Origin: Candidatus Saccharimonadota bacterium
GTDB lineage: Bacteria; Patescibacteriota; Saccharimonadia; Saccharimonadales; SZUA-47
NCBI GenBank assembly: GCA_016700315.1
Contig: CP065013.1
Coordinates: 385,449 to 449,448, forward strand
Reading direction: 5' to 3'
Length of the DNA stretch: 64,000 nt
Shown here: positions 54,224 to 63,724 of the stretch, piece after piece
How the letters are laid out: each line of letters opens with the position of its first letter
Position numbering within the stretch: position 1 is the stretch's first letter
Program-made: the position numbers and the translations under genes
The notes under the pieces: generated by a model
Database searches by the model: none
What the model saw: only the letters and a program-made list of their open reading frames with translations
What the model was told of the DNA's origin: nothing

Positions 54224-54681
54224 TGCAAAAAATAACTGCTAATCTATGGTTTAACGGCAATGCGCGCGAGGCGGTCGAATATTACACCTCGGTCTTTCCT
54301 AATAGCAAAATTACTGGCGGCAGCACATACCCAAACAGCCAAGAAGACGGTTTAGCCGACTTTCAGCTTGATCTAGCTGGTAAAGATTTAACAATCGACT
54401 TCTCATTAGATGGTCACGACTTTGTAGCAATTAATGCCGGGCCCGAATTTTCATTTAATGAGTCAGTCTCGTTCGCAGTCGCCTGCAAAGACCAAGCCGA
54501 AATAGATTATTATTGGTCAAAGCTATCGGCACACCCCGAAAACGAACAATGCGGTTGGTGCAAAGACAAGTACGGCCTAAGCTGGCAAATTGTTCCGGCC
54601 GACATAAGCGAACTCATGAAAAAGCCCGACGCTTTCAAAATCATGATGAACCAGAAAAAAATCGTTATTGCCAAATACTAG
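54223..54681 (+). CDS. VOC-family protein, PhnB / 3-demethylubiquinone-9 3-methyltransferase-domain type
   Basis: 152 aa with 'KITANLWFNGNAREAVEYYTSVFPNSKI...CGWCKDKYGLSWQI'. Confidence 0.7.
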   Translation: MQKITANLWFNGNAREAVEYYTSVFPNSKITGGSTYPNSQEDGLADFQLDLAGKDLTIDFSLDGHDFVAINAGPEFSFNESVSFAVACKDQAEIDYYWSKLSAHPENEQCGWCKDKYGLSWQIVPADISELMKKPDAFKIMMNQKKIVIAKY

Positions 54682-54694
54682 TAATCAGCGATAC

Positions 54695-54910
54695 CTAATT
54701 GGGGCAAGCATTGATCTTACGACCAACAAGTTTATTTAGAATACATACTTTCATGACACCCGAAAGCATTAATAAAACACCTACCACCCCAAGTACCCAC
54801 GCCCAATTCCCCTTTAGAACTACAACCGCCAAACACTCTACAAAAGCCCCAACAACAAGCCTAATCGTACGACCTGTTTTCCCGCTCGCAAAATCGACAA
54901 ATTTTTCCAC
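54695..54910 (-). CDS. DUF2892 (YgaP-like) small membrane protein
   Basis: 71 aa with 'GRTIRLVVGAFV...GVLLMLSGVMKVCILNKLVG'. Confidence 0.55.
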   Translation of the reverse strand: MEKFVDFASGKTGRTIRLVVGAFVECLAVVVLKGNWAWVLGVVGVLLMLSGVMKVCILNKLVGRKINACPN

Positions 54911-54949
54911 TTTAGAGCACCTCCTTAATGATTCAAGTATACTACATAT

Positions 54950-55145
<196 letters not shown>

Positions 55146-55148
55146 TTT

Positions 55149-55488
55149 ATGAAATACGTTGCGCTACTAAGAGGAATAAATGATAAAGGTTGGGGGGGGG
55201 GGGGGGGTTGCCCATCCAGACGAGTGGCTGAATGATACCGAACAGAAAAGCGATGTACTGTATTTATTCCCCGAAGTAGACTCACCGGACATAGTAGACA
55301 ATATTGGTTACCGTCCAGAGTTTGAAACAATTCACTACATTCCGGGTGCGCTCATCTCAAATGTACCGCGCAAGTCCCAGCCCAAAAGCTGTCTCATTAA
55401 ACTCGTCGGTACGCCGCAGTACCGGAGTATGACCATCCGTAATGTCACTACCGCACGAAAATTGGCGCAGTTGGTACAGGCTCAATGA
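55149..55488 (+). pseudogene. DUF1697-family protein whose N-terminal third is replaced by a 16-nt poly-G tract
   Basis: 'MKYVALLRGIN' is the canonical DUF1697 start. Then comes junk and G16 (55192-55207), followed by a C-terminal part '...DVLYLFPEVDSPDIVDNIGYRPEFETIHYIPGALISNVPR...RNVTTARKLAQL'. About 70 residues expected for the family are missing. Confidence 0.5.
55192..55207. repeat. Poly-G tract (16 G)
   Basis: Counted directly. Confidence 0.95.
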
Positions 55489-56201
55489 CAGCAGAAGATC
55501 TAAAAAGTGAGCTAAAGAAATGTGCAAGTGATATAGACGCTGCGAAATTGGGTTGGTTTTTCAAAACTGGCCCGGGCCAGTACGGCGAAGGCGACGTTTT
55601 TATTGGCGTGCGCGTGCCGCAAACCAGAAAGGTTTGCAAAGACTTTAAAAACCTCTCCGCTAACGAACTAAAAAAACTTTTGGCCAGCCCGTTTCACGAA
55701 CACCGCCTAGCCGCCACAATCATTATGTCTGGTCAGTACAAAAAAGCTGACCCTACACTCAAACAACAATTATTCGACCTGTACCTTTCGGCCCTAGACC
55801 AAAACCAGATAAACAACTGGGATATTGTCGACACAAGCTGCGAGCACATCGTTGGAGCCTACGCTAAAGAGCATGGCGCACAAATTTTGTTTGAGCTTGC
55901 CCGGAGTGACAAACTCTGGCACAAACGAGTAGCGATAATCAGTTGTTTTGCCTGGGTGCGTAAAAAACAAGTTGGGCCAACCATCGAACTAGCCGAAATA
56001 CTGTGGCCCGAAAAACATGATCTACTGCAAAAGGCGGTCGGCTGGATGCTGCGCGAAGTTGGTAAATACGTCGATGAGAGTTTGTTAACTGACTTTCTCG
56101 ATCGTCACGCTCACGAAATGCCCCGCACCTGCCTTAGGTATGCAATCGAGAAACTTACACCACAGCAGAGAACATACTATATGAAAATGGGTAAATCATG
56201 A
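55485..56201 (+). CDS. DNA alkylation repair protein (AlkC/AlkD-like HEAT-repeat glycosylase family)
   Basis: 238 aa with 'FFKTGPGQYGEGDVFIGVRVPQTRK...NNWDIVD...LWHKRVAIIS...GWMLREVGK'. Confidence 0.8.
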   Translation: MTAEDLKSELKKCASDIDAAKLGWFFKTGPGQYGEGDVFIGVRVPQTRKVCKDFKNLSANELKKLLASPFHEHRLAATIIMSGQYKKADPTLKQQLFDLYLSALDQNQINNWDIVDTSCEHIVGAYAKEHGAQILFELARSDKLWHKRVAIISCFAWVRKKQVGPTIELAEILWPEKHDLLQKAVGWMLREVGKYVDESLLTDFLDRHAHEMPRTCLRYAIEKLTPQQRTYYMKMGKS

Positions 56202-56686
56202 AAAAAACATACTTATCCGGTGGGTGCTCTTGGGGGTTGGAGGAGTTATTTCGTACGCAACCTGGTGTGGTCGATACTGAAGCCGGTTACACTGGTGGGC
56301 ACAACCAAAATCCAACTTACAATTTTCACCCTGGGCATGCCGAGGCGCTAGCAATCACTTACGATGAAACCAAAACCGATCTCGAGCATTTGCTCGACTT
56401 TTTCTTTCGTATCCACGACCCAACAACCAAAAATCGTCAAGGTAATGACCTTGGCGAGTCGTATCGCTCGGCCATTTTTTATCAAGATGAAGACGAAAAA
56501 CAGCGGGCCGAGCGGTTTATTGAAATAGTAAATAAGCGTGGCGATTGGGGTAGACCTGTGGTGACAACTCTAGAAAAATTCACTAAATTTTGGCCCGCCG
56601 AGGGCTACCATCAAGACTATCTGCAATCCAACCCCGGAGGCTACACCTGCCATTTTATTCGTAGTATCCCAAGTTTTTTGGAGTAG
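56198..56686 (+). CDS. msrA: Peptide-methionine (S)-S-oxide reductase
   Basis: 162 aa with 'GGCSWGLEELF' (catalytic Cys motif with Ser in place of the usual Phe), 'GHAEALAITYD' and 'GNDLGESYRSAIFY'. Confidence 0.85.
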   Translation: MKKTYLSGGCSWGLEELFRTQPGVVDTEAGYTGGHNQNPTYNFHPGHAEALAITYDETKTDLEHLLDFFFRIHDPTTKNRQGNDLGESYRSAIFYQDEDEKQRAERFIEIVNKRGDWGRPVVTTLEKFTKFWPAEGYHQDYLQSNPGGYTCHFIRSIPSFLE

Positions 56687-56691
56687 GCTAA

Positions 56692-57300
56692 TTAAAGTTG
56701 TCGGTTGAAGGCCCGAAGGTGGTTTTCTGAGCCGGCACGTAGGCTGTCGAGAGTTGATATTACATCTTGATCAGTTGCGTTGGCTAATTGATTGGTAATG
56801 TCAGCAATATCTTTTTCCTCGACGGCGACACCAACTTTGTATGCATCTGTAGCACTTTGTTTACCTTGTGCAAGTAAGTCATCGTATAGTTTTTGCAACT
56901 CGGCGTTCTTAAACACACCAATTTCGGTTGATCTTGGGTCGGCAATCCCGCGAGCATTTAGCAGTGCAAGTACTTTTGATTGATGAGTCTGCTCGCTCTG
57001 AAGAATATTGCCAAAAACTTTTGCCCCCCAAAGTTCGTACATCTTAGTATAAATATCTTGCGCTAACTTCTCTTCTTCTATTAGATACACAAGTAGCTGT
57101 TCGGTTTTCTGTTTGTTGGCAGTTCCTTGTTCTATTGGCTCATCTGTTATTTGCGTAGGTGTGGCCGTACTGCTATTGGGCGTCAAATTCGTGGTTGACT
57201 TTTCCTTACTGCTAAGTCGCCAGCCGAAGTAACCACCAGCAAAAAGCAGGGCAAAAGACAGAACGATCAATCCAGCTTTATTAATTTTCATCTTTTTCAT
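56692..57300 (-). CDS. DUF2202 ferritin-like domain protein, exported
   Basis: 202 aa with an N-terminal anchor, 'EEEKLAQDIYTKMYELWG..VFGNILQSEQTHQ' and 'AVEEKDIADI'. Confidence 0.6.
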   Translation of the reverse strand: MKKMKINKAGLIVLSFALLFAGGYFGWRLSSKEKSTTNLTPNSSTATPTQITDEPIEQGTANKQKTEQLLVYLIEEEKLAQDIYTKMYELWGAKVFGNILQSEQTHQSKVLALLNARGIADPRSTEIGVFKNAELQKLYDDLLAQGKQSATDAYKVGVAVEEKDIADITNQLANATDQDVISTLDSLRAGSENHLRAFNRQL

Positions 57301-57392
57301 GATAATTATTCCTCCAAGTAGGAATATACCTAAGTCAACTTAAGATTTGCTTAATCTTGGCTGAAAAGTGTCTTTATTATCATAGACTACTC

Positions 57393-57420
57393 CTATCAAT
57401 TGATAGTTTTATCAACTATA
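57393..57420. promoter_or_regulatory. Candidate operator: perfect 14-bp palindrome CTATCAATTGATAG overlapping a second inverted repeat ATAGTT-N5-AACTAT
   Basis: The palindrome at 57393-57406 was read directly. A third TATCAA half-site lies at 57410-57415. The site is about 60-90 nt upstream of the GTG at 57482, which is preceded by AGGAGG. Confidence 0.35.
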
Positions 57421-57481
57421 AAAACATTGTAATTCTGAAATAATAGGAGCATAATCAGTTCATATTTTAGGAGGATTTTTC

Positions 57482-59893
57482 GTGAAAAAGAAAATAAGTT
57501 ACCTACTAGCGAGCCTAACGGTCTTATTAAGCCCTCTAGCACTTTTCGGCAAGGTCCACGCGGCAGCCGACACCTGTACCTGGACTGGCGCTGTTAATAA
57601 CACCTGGAGCAATGGAGGCAACTGGTCGGGCTGTGACAACGGCGGTGTGCCAGAAAGTGGCGACTCGCTGATTTTTGCTTCCGGAGCGAGTAATACGAAC
57701 CCTAATGTGAACGATATTGCAGGCTTGAACCTTGATAGCGTGCAGTTTAACGGCAGTGGTTATGTGGTGAGCGGCAACTCGATTAACCTGACGCCAACAG
57801 GTGCGCAGAGCCTGAGCATGTGGGGCTCAAACAACAACTGGGCCATTAGCACGACAGTCAACGGTAGTAGTGCGACCTATAGGAGTACAGGTACAGGGAA
57901 TGCGGTGACAGGCCCAACAACGCTTAACCTAAATGTCGGACAAGACTTCAGCCTCTCGGCTGGTCCTGGCTCCGACTTAAACATGGCAGGGTCAATAAGC
58001 GGAAGCACGAACTACTTTGTTACATCGACATCAGGTGGAACGGTTCGCCTCGGAGGAGCTAACACCTTTACAACGACCAATCGAGCTACCCTCTTTGCGC
58101 ATACCATTATCTGTGAGTCTGCAACTTGTCTTGGTGATGCGGGCAATCTTGTCGAGCTGCGTAATAATGCTGATCTTCGATTTGATACAGCAGCAACATT
58201 TGCCAACGACATTGAATTCTATGAGTCGACAGCGACGATCTCTACTCAAGATCAGACAGCAACAATCTCTGGGAACATTGCAATTTCGGGGGCGAGTGCG
58301 TCGGCAATCATTGAGCCTGGTGCGTCGGCATCACTTGTTTTGAACGGAACCATGAATCTGGGTACTGGTACTATGAACTTTGGCGGAAACGCTGAAGTAA
58401 TCCAAAACGGAATTATTTCCGGCTCGGGTAATGTGATTAGTAATCATGCTCTTGTGCTTAGCAGCGCAAATACGTACGCTGGTTCGACACTGGCAAATCC
58501 AGGTGGTCGCATAGTAGCGCTCAATGATAGTTCACTAGGGACTACCGCTGGAGATACCTATATAGATAGTGGGGCGTCGCTTACGTTTGAGAGTATTGCC
58601 GGCGATATAACGATAGACGAAGATATTTCTGTAAATGGTGCAGGCGATACAGGCATTGACGGCGCTATCTATATTTACGATACGTCTAATAGTGTGACTT
58701 TGACAGGTAACATTACGCTTAATGGCGACACAACTTTTGGTAACGGTCTTGCAGGTAGCTCGGTGCTAAGGCTTGCCGGCGTGATATCTGGTACGGCCAA
58801 TATGACATTTACTGGGGTCACTGGCGCAGCAGGATTTGACATGAGCGGTGCATCAGCCAACACCTATGTTGGTACAGTCACTGTCACAGGAGCCCGATTA
58901 TTTCCCGCAAAAGCAGCAAACGTAACGGCAATTACGGGTGATTTAGTTATTGCTGGCGATGGTACTGATGATGGTCATGTTGAGACATCGTTTAGTCAAA
59001 GTATTGCCGATACATCACACATCACACTCACAAATAACGGCAGTTCAAAGGGTGTATTAGCAATTGGCAGCGGCTCAACTGAAACTGTTGGCTATGTTAC
59101 CGGCGATGGCGATATAACTATTGGTCATTCGGCAGCCCTCAATGTTGCATCAAATAGTGATTTCACCTTCGGGGGACGCATAGGACAATTTAGCAACTTT
59201 GTTTTGGACCAAACATTTTTCCGTAAAACCGGTAGTGGCATACTGACGCTGACTGGTTCTGTAGATAAAGACTCCTTCACAAGTGCAGTGCGACCCATTA
59301 TTACGGTCGATGCTGGCTCGTTGGTGATGGGCAGCAGCTCAAACTATGATGAAGCCCGCTTCACCGTTTCAAACGGAACAGTGCTAAAAGGGACGGGAGT
59401 CGCGGGTGTAACTACGGTTGCTAATGGTGGTGCCGTAAACGTCGGTAACAGCCCTGGCTGTATGACCATGACGACACTTACACTTAACGCAGGTGCAGTC
59501 TTCACAGAAGAAATTGCAGGCACGACAGCGTGCACTCAATACGACCGAACCACAGTTACGGGCGCAGCGGTGCTTGGTAATGCTAGCTTGAATATTGTAT
59601 CCACTGTTACACCGGCAGATGGTACTGTATTCACAATCCTAACAGCTACAAGTGTGTCAGGTACTTTTAACGGACTAGCAGATGGGGCTGTAGTTACAGT
59701 GAGCGGCGTTTCTTATCGCATTAACTATACTGCTACTGCCGTAACGCTTACCAAGTTGTCTGGTACTCTTGCGAGCACCGGCTCAAACAATCCATTAACT
59801 GCAACTAGTTTTGGTTTTTTGTTGAGTGGCTTGGCAATTGCGCTTAATCTTGTTTATCGTAGGAAGACAGCTCGAAGTCTGGCAAGAAATTAA
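57482..59893 (+). CDS. Cell-surface protein with autotransporter-associated beta-strand (PATR-type) repeats and a C-terminal sortase-type sorting signal
   Basis: 803 aa with signal peptide 'LLASLTVLLSPLALFGKVHA' and repeated 'G.L.L.GANT(F/Y)(T/A)G.T' units. The C-terminus is 'LASTG', a hydrophobic stretch, then 'RRKTAR'. Confidence 0.7.
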   Translation: MKKKISYLLASLTVLLSPLALFGKVHAAADTCTWTGAVNNTWSNGGNWSGCDNGGVPESGDSLIFASGASNTNPNVNDIAGLNLDSVQFNGSGYVVSGNSINLTPTGAQSLSMWGSNNNWAISTTVNGSSATYRSTGTGNAVTGPTTLNLNVGQDFSLSAGPGSDLNMAGSISGSTNYFVTSTSGGTVRLGGANTFTTTNRATLFAHTIICESATCLGDAGNLVELRNNADLRFDTAATFANDIEFYESTATISTQDQTATISGNIAISGASASAIIEPGASASLVLNGTMNLGTGTMNFGGNAEVIQNGIISGSGNVISNHALVLSSANTYAGSTLANPGGRIVALNDSSLGTTAGDTYIDSGASLTFESIAGDITIDEDISVNGAGDTGIDGAIYIYDTSNSVTLTGNITLNGDTTFGNGLAGSSVLRLAGVISGTANMTFTGVTGAAGFDMSGASANTYVGTVTVTGARLFPAKAANVTAITGDLVIAGDGTDDGHVETSFSQSIADTSHITLTNNGSSKGVLAIGSGSTETVGYVTGDGDITIGHSAALNVASNSDFTFGGRIGQFSNFVLDQTFFRKTGSGILTLTGSVDKDSFTSAVRPIITVDAGSLVMGSSSNYDEARFTVSNGTVLKGTGVAGVTTVANGGAVNVGNSPGCMTMTTLTLNAGAVFTEEIAGTTACTQYDRTTVTGAAVLGNASLNIVSTVTPADGTVFTILTATSVSGTFNGLADGAVVTVSGVSYRINYTATAVTLTKLSGTLASTGSNNPLTATSFGFLLSGLAIALNLVYRRKTARSLARN

Positions 59894-60381
59894 ATATTTC
59901 TACTGTCATACGCCCAGTGAAGTAGAGCTTGTCTTTGCCGGCGACGGCAAAGCTGGTCGCCAGGCACACAGCTAGCTTGAACCTGCGCTAGGTGACGAGA
60001 CATTTGCCGCCAACGATTTATTTGACGTGTATCTTCCTTTGGTAATCGCCGCCCCATAAAGTACCTGCAGTACCACTGAAACCAGCCTCGTGGATCCTCT
60101 GGACTGATCCAGCCATTAGCTTGCCACTGCTGTCGGGTTTGTGAGGCGTCGATATCAAAGTAGTTTAGGTGTGAATCATGCCCATAATTTGACAGTTTGG
60201 CATTCTTGAACCAGCTGGCAGGATACTCTTCTATCTCACCTTCAAAGTAGTTGCCGCCAAAGACACCTAGTTCTAACATTTGTCGGGGCGTTAACTGCGG
60301 CTTAAAATCTAGCTGGCCAACTGCCGCAGTAAGCTTGTAGCAGTAGCCTGGCTGTAGTGGGTCGTTTGATGTGATGGTCAT
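59890..60381 (-). CDS. Conserved hypothetical cytoplasmic protein
   Basis: 163-aa ORF with 4-nt overlaps on both sides. 'GWFQWYCRYFMGRRLPKEDTRQINRW' looks like a conserved family motif, but I cannot name the family. Confidence 0.5.
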   Translation of the reverse strand: MTITSNDPLQPGYCYKLTAAVGQLDFKPQLTPRQMLELGVFGGNYFEGEIEEYPASWFKNAKLSNYGHDSHLNYFDIDASQTRQQWQANGWISPEDPRGWFQWYCRYFMGRRLPKEDTRQINRWRQMSRHLAQVQASCVPGDQLCRRRQRQALLHWAYDSRNI

Positions 60382-61241
60382 TTAACAAATGGTATGAGCG
60401 GCGCGGTTTTGGCTTTATAATCCTTCCAGCCCGGGCGCTTGCTTGAGCTTTTTTCGGCTAGTGGTAGGCCAGAGATAAAAACAATCAGGTATGTAATAAA
60501 AGCAGCCCCGCCAATCCCAACCCAGCCGTGGGCCGTACCCAGAGACATAACTGAAATTCCCCACCACATAGTGATTTCGCCGAAGTAATTTGGATGACGC
60601 GTAATGCTCCATAGACCACTAGTCATAAGCCTACCGTGGTTGCTTGGCTTTGATAAAAATTGTTTAAGTTGCCAGTCACCAATTGACTCAAAGGCAAAAC
60701 CCTTTAGCCATATGATAAGCCCTAATGTAGTCCAAATTGTCCAATTAGCATCACTGGCCAGAGTTATGTGAATTACAGCAATGCCTACTATCAGTGCCAA
60801 GGCCGCCTGCGTTAGGTATAGTCTTAGATAAACTCGCCACGCTTTTTGGTCTGGCCAATCGCTCATTAGTTCGGTGTAACGGCGATCTTGAATGCTAGAT
60901 CTTTGCAAGCGCCGGCTGATGTGCCAAAAAAGTCGGAACCCCCAGATGCTTGCTAGAGCACAAACTAAAAGCTGTGGGTCGAACTGGCTGATTGTACCTT
61001 TCTGCAAAAAGAACCCAGTCCAGGCAATGGCAATAAAAGATAGGCCCCAACCAGCGTCAATGTAGTCGTAACGCTTATTGCGGTTAGCTACCAAGAATAC
61101 TGCACTCATGACAACTACTGCGCTCAAAAAACAGACCGCCATTCTGCCAAGCAAGCTTCCAAGCATGTTATTAATCATCAGAGTATAAAAACAAGCGCCA
61201 AGATAAATGACAAAAAACCCAACAAAAGCTCTTTTTATCAT
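60378..61241 (-). CDS. DUF1295 / steroid-5-alpha-reductase-like membrane protein
   Basis: 287 aa, polytopic, with 'TSGLWSITRHPNYFGEITMWWG'. Confidence 0.7.
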   Translation of the reverse strand: MIKRAFVGFFVIYLGACFYTLMINNMLGSLLGRMAVCFLSAVVVMSAVFLVANRNKRYDYIDAGWGLSFIAIAWTGFFLQKGTISQFDPQLLVCALASIWGFRLFWHISRRLQRSSIQDRRYTELMSDWPDQKAWRVYLRLYLTQAALALIVGIAVIHITLASDANWTIWTTLGLIIWLKGFAFESIGDWQLKQFLSKPSNHGRLMTSGLWSITRHPNYFGEITMWWGISVMSLGTAHGWVGIGGAAFITYLIVFISGLPLAEKSSSKRPGWKDYKAKTAPLIPFVK

Positions 61242-61630
61242 CTATTTAGCACCGTAAATGCTAGGCCTGCTACAGTCGCTGTGAGTAGTGTTCCCCAGAT
61301 AAGATCTACGATCACTACTGTGCTAGTGAAGCCTTTTAAAGTGGCTAGGTTAGTTAGGTCATAGGTTGCATAAGCAGCAAAGCCAAAAACAGCGCCGTAT
61401 TTCACAGCGTGAGACAGAGAGCTCTTTTCAATTGCTGGGTTGATAACCAGCAGAACAATCCCAATAACGTAGATTATATAAAATAGTAGTGCCGCTAACA
61501 TGTTAGGGTTTTCGAGCAGCAGGCCACCAATCTGTGATCGGTAAAATTTCTTGGCGATCACACTCAGCCATACCGCATCAAACGCACCCATTATTACACC
61601 CGTTACAACAAAATTTTTAACAAAGTCCAT
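61238..61630 (-). CDS. DUF2177-family membrane protein
   Basis: 130 aa with four TM segments and 'GAFDAVWLSVIAKKFY'. Confidence 0.5.
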   Translation of the reverse strand: MDFVKNFVVTGVIMGAFDAVWLSVIAKKFYRSQIGGLLLENPNMLAALLFYIIYVIGIVLLVINPAIEKSSLSHAVKYGAVFGFAAYATYDLTNLATLKGFTSTVVIVDLIWGTLLTATVAGLAFTVLNR

Positions 61631-61687
61631 GCTTACTCCTTCTAAGAGTATTGTACAGTAATCGGACGTAATTTTGGCAAGCTGTGG

Positions 61688-62056
61688 CTAGTTGATCGTA
61701 TTGCTGGGAGCTGTAGTCGGGTTTGTAGATGGGGCCTGTGTAGGCACTTGACGAGTATTGTATCGTAAGCCGCCCCTTGGGCCATCAAAATTATTTGGAT
61801 CTCGATCAAACATCATATTTCTGCTTTGCATCCGTCCCCTCATAACGTCGTGATGGTCGTTAAATCCAGTTTCTCGTCCGGCCCAGAAACTTATAGCACA
61901 GAGTGCTATAAGCGCGAGCGTGCCGACAATTAGTTTGCTGTTGCCGTTGATTGCATTGGCAGCAAGACTCGTCTCAATCCTTTTAGTCGAGCTGATCGGC
62001 GAGCTCAAAGCCTCTTCATCGATTATCTCTTCTGTCGTAATGACTTTTTTAGCCAT
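61688..62056 (-). CDS. Hypothetical single-pass membrane protein
   Basis: 122 aa with a central TM helix 'LIVGTLALIALCAISFWAG'. Confidence 0.4.
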   Translation of the reverse strand: MAKKVITTEEIIDEEALSSPISSTKRIETSLAANAINGNSKLIVGTLALIALCAISFWAGRETGFNDHHDVMRGRMQSRNMMFDRDPNNFDGPRGGLRYNTRQVPTQAPSTNPTTAPSNTIN

Positions 62057-62163
62057 ATTTTATTCCTTTACTGAATTATTTATAAACTCAAGGTACAAAA
62101 TAAAACTTAAAATTAGCTTGGAGTTGCGGGCTAGTTTCATGGCAATGGTTATAAAACTTTAGA

Positions 62164-62811
62164 TTATATGGGGAGTAATATCGTTTCTATCTCAGGTAGG
62201 CTCGAAACGATATTTGTTGCAATGGATTCTAGTTTTGAATTTTTAAACGTGATCGAAACTCCGCATTTTTCAAACAGGGGCTTGTCGTTTGCCCCATCTG
62301 CGACAACTGCCATTTCACTTGGATCAATGCCGGAATCTCTAGCTAAGTCTTGTAACTGTTTTTGTTTCAGCTTTTCTTCTTCATCATGGTAGGTGAAGCT
62401 TACAAACGTACCGTTTTTGTCAAAAACAACATCTGCTCCAGAATACTTATAGTCGATGCCACCTAGATTACTAGTGATACTGTGCACTACTTCATCTGGC
62501 GCCCCAGAAATTAGTGCAATCCTGTAGCCAGCTTCTTTTAGGGTTTTTACAATTTTTCTTGCACCCGGCTTCCAAGTGTAGCTGTTGCAAACTTCTAGGT
62601 ATTTATCGAAATTGGCTTGTTTGTGACTTTTGAAGATTGCATTAACTTCTCTTACCCACTGGCTGTTTGAAAGTTCGCCTTTTTGGTTTGCAAGCCACAA
62701 CCTTTCATCTTCTTCTCTGGTCATGCCAAACGCGGTGTTGAGTTTCTCCCATGAATTATCATCGATCAATGTGTGGTTTATATCGAAGATAACCAGCTTT
62801 ATCTTAGCCAT
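62164..62811 (-). CDS. HAD-superfamily hydrolase (subfamily IB, phosphoserine-phosphatase-like)
   Basis: 215 aa. Motif I is 'VIFDINHT' (the second Asp is replaced by Asn). Motif II is 'LISGAP'. Motif IV is 'VADGANDKPLF'. Confidence 0.7.
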   Translation of the reverse strand: MAKIKLVIFDINHTLIDDNSWEKLNTAFGMTREEDERLWLANQKGELSNSQWVREVNAIFKSHKQANFDKYLEVCNSYTWKPGARKIVKTLKEAGYRIALISGAPDEVVHSITSNLGGIDYKYSGADVVFDKNGTFVSFTYHDEEEKLKQKQLQDLARDSGIDPSEMAVVADGANDKPLFEKCGVSITFKNSKLESIATNIVSSLPEIETILLPI

Positions 62812-62931
62812 AAGTGTAGTATAGCAAATTGCTTGCGCTACGATAATTGTTATGTTATTATAACGCTATGAAAGTGAGCAACATGTCATTAAACATACGA
62901 TCTCTGTTTGCTCATGTCTATTTTTACCACG

Positions 62932-62961
62932 GGGCTTAGTCAGCTAAGTCCTTATTTTTTT
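62932..62961 (+). terminator. Rho-independent terminator candidate ending a short + strand transcription unit
   Basis: GGGCTTAG, loop TCAG, CTAAGTCC (8 bp including one G-U pair), followed by TTATTTTTTT. Confidence 0.45.
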
Positions 62962-63013
62962 GCATAAAACCTATAATATTAACTTACAAAAGCCTTAGAA
63001 AGGGTTTTTTACT

Positions 63014-63724
63014 ATGTCCGCAATTGGAATTTTAGGTGGTCTCGGGCCACAAGCAAGCGCAAAGCTTTTGGATCTAATAATACAAAAAAGATCGAAACAA
63101 GAAGGTGTAAAATTTGATGACGATTTCCCAGAAATTGTACTGTTAAATATTCGGGTGCCAAACTTTATTGATGGTGAAGAAAACCTTGATAGAGTCAGGC
63201 AAATTCTGATTTCAAAGACGAAGGTACTAGAGCAATCTGGCTGTACTATTGCTGCAGTTGCATGTAATACTGCCCATATTTTTCTGCCAGCGATAAAACG
63301 TTCTAGTAGCTTGCCTTTTTTATCTATCCCAGAGATAGTCACTGAGAGGATTGGACAATTAGGATTTACAAAAGTAGGTCTCATTGGTACAAAAAACACA
63401 CTCCGCTCAAGGATGTTTGACGAAGCATTGACGCCATCTTTGATTATTCGTCCTAATACGGGATTAGCTCGACAAGCAGAGGAGTGCATATTGAACCAAA
63501 TAAGTGGCAACATTACAGCGCAGGAAAAACTTGGTTTCAGAAAAAGTGTTAGTCAATTCATGGCTGAGAACAGACTTGATGGAGTAATTTTGGGTTGCAC
63601 TGAGCTGCCGTTAGTTTTTGGTGAAAGCAACAACAATCCGAAGATCATTGATACGCTAGACATACTGGCAGAAGAACTGTTGAACGTGTACTATAACAAT
63701 GATGAAAAAAGACGTACTAGTTAA
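63014..63724 (+). CDS. Aspartate/glutamate racemase family protein
   Basis: 236 aa with 'IGILGGLGPQAS', 'ACNTAH' and 'GCTELP' (the two catalytic-Cys motifs). TATAAT lies at 62972-62977 upstream. Confidence 0.8.
   Translation: MSAIGILGGLGPQASAKLLDLIIQKRSKQEGVKFDDDFPEIVLLNIRVPNFIDGEENLDRVRQILISKTKVLEQSGCTIAAVACNTAHIFLPAIKRSSSLPFLSIPEIVTERIGQLGFTKVGLIGTKNTLRSRMFDEALTPSLIIRPNTGLARQAEECILNQISGNITAQEKLGFRKSVSQFMAENRLDGVILGCTELPLVFGESNNNPKIIDTLDILAEELLNVYYNNDEKRRTS

Noticed and set aside
62164-62811. HAD hydrolase with motif I 'DINHT' instead of DxDxT, as a possible pseudo-enzyme
   Set aside because: The nucleophile Asp and motifs II-IV are present. A single D-to-N change at the +2 position is not enough evidence for loss or change of function without alignment and structure data.
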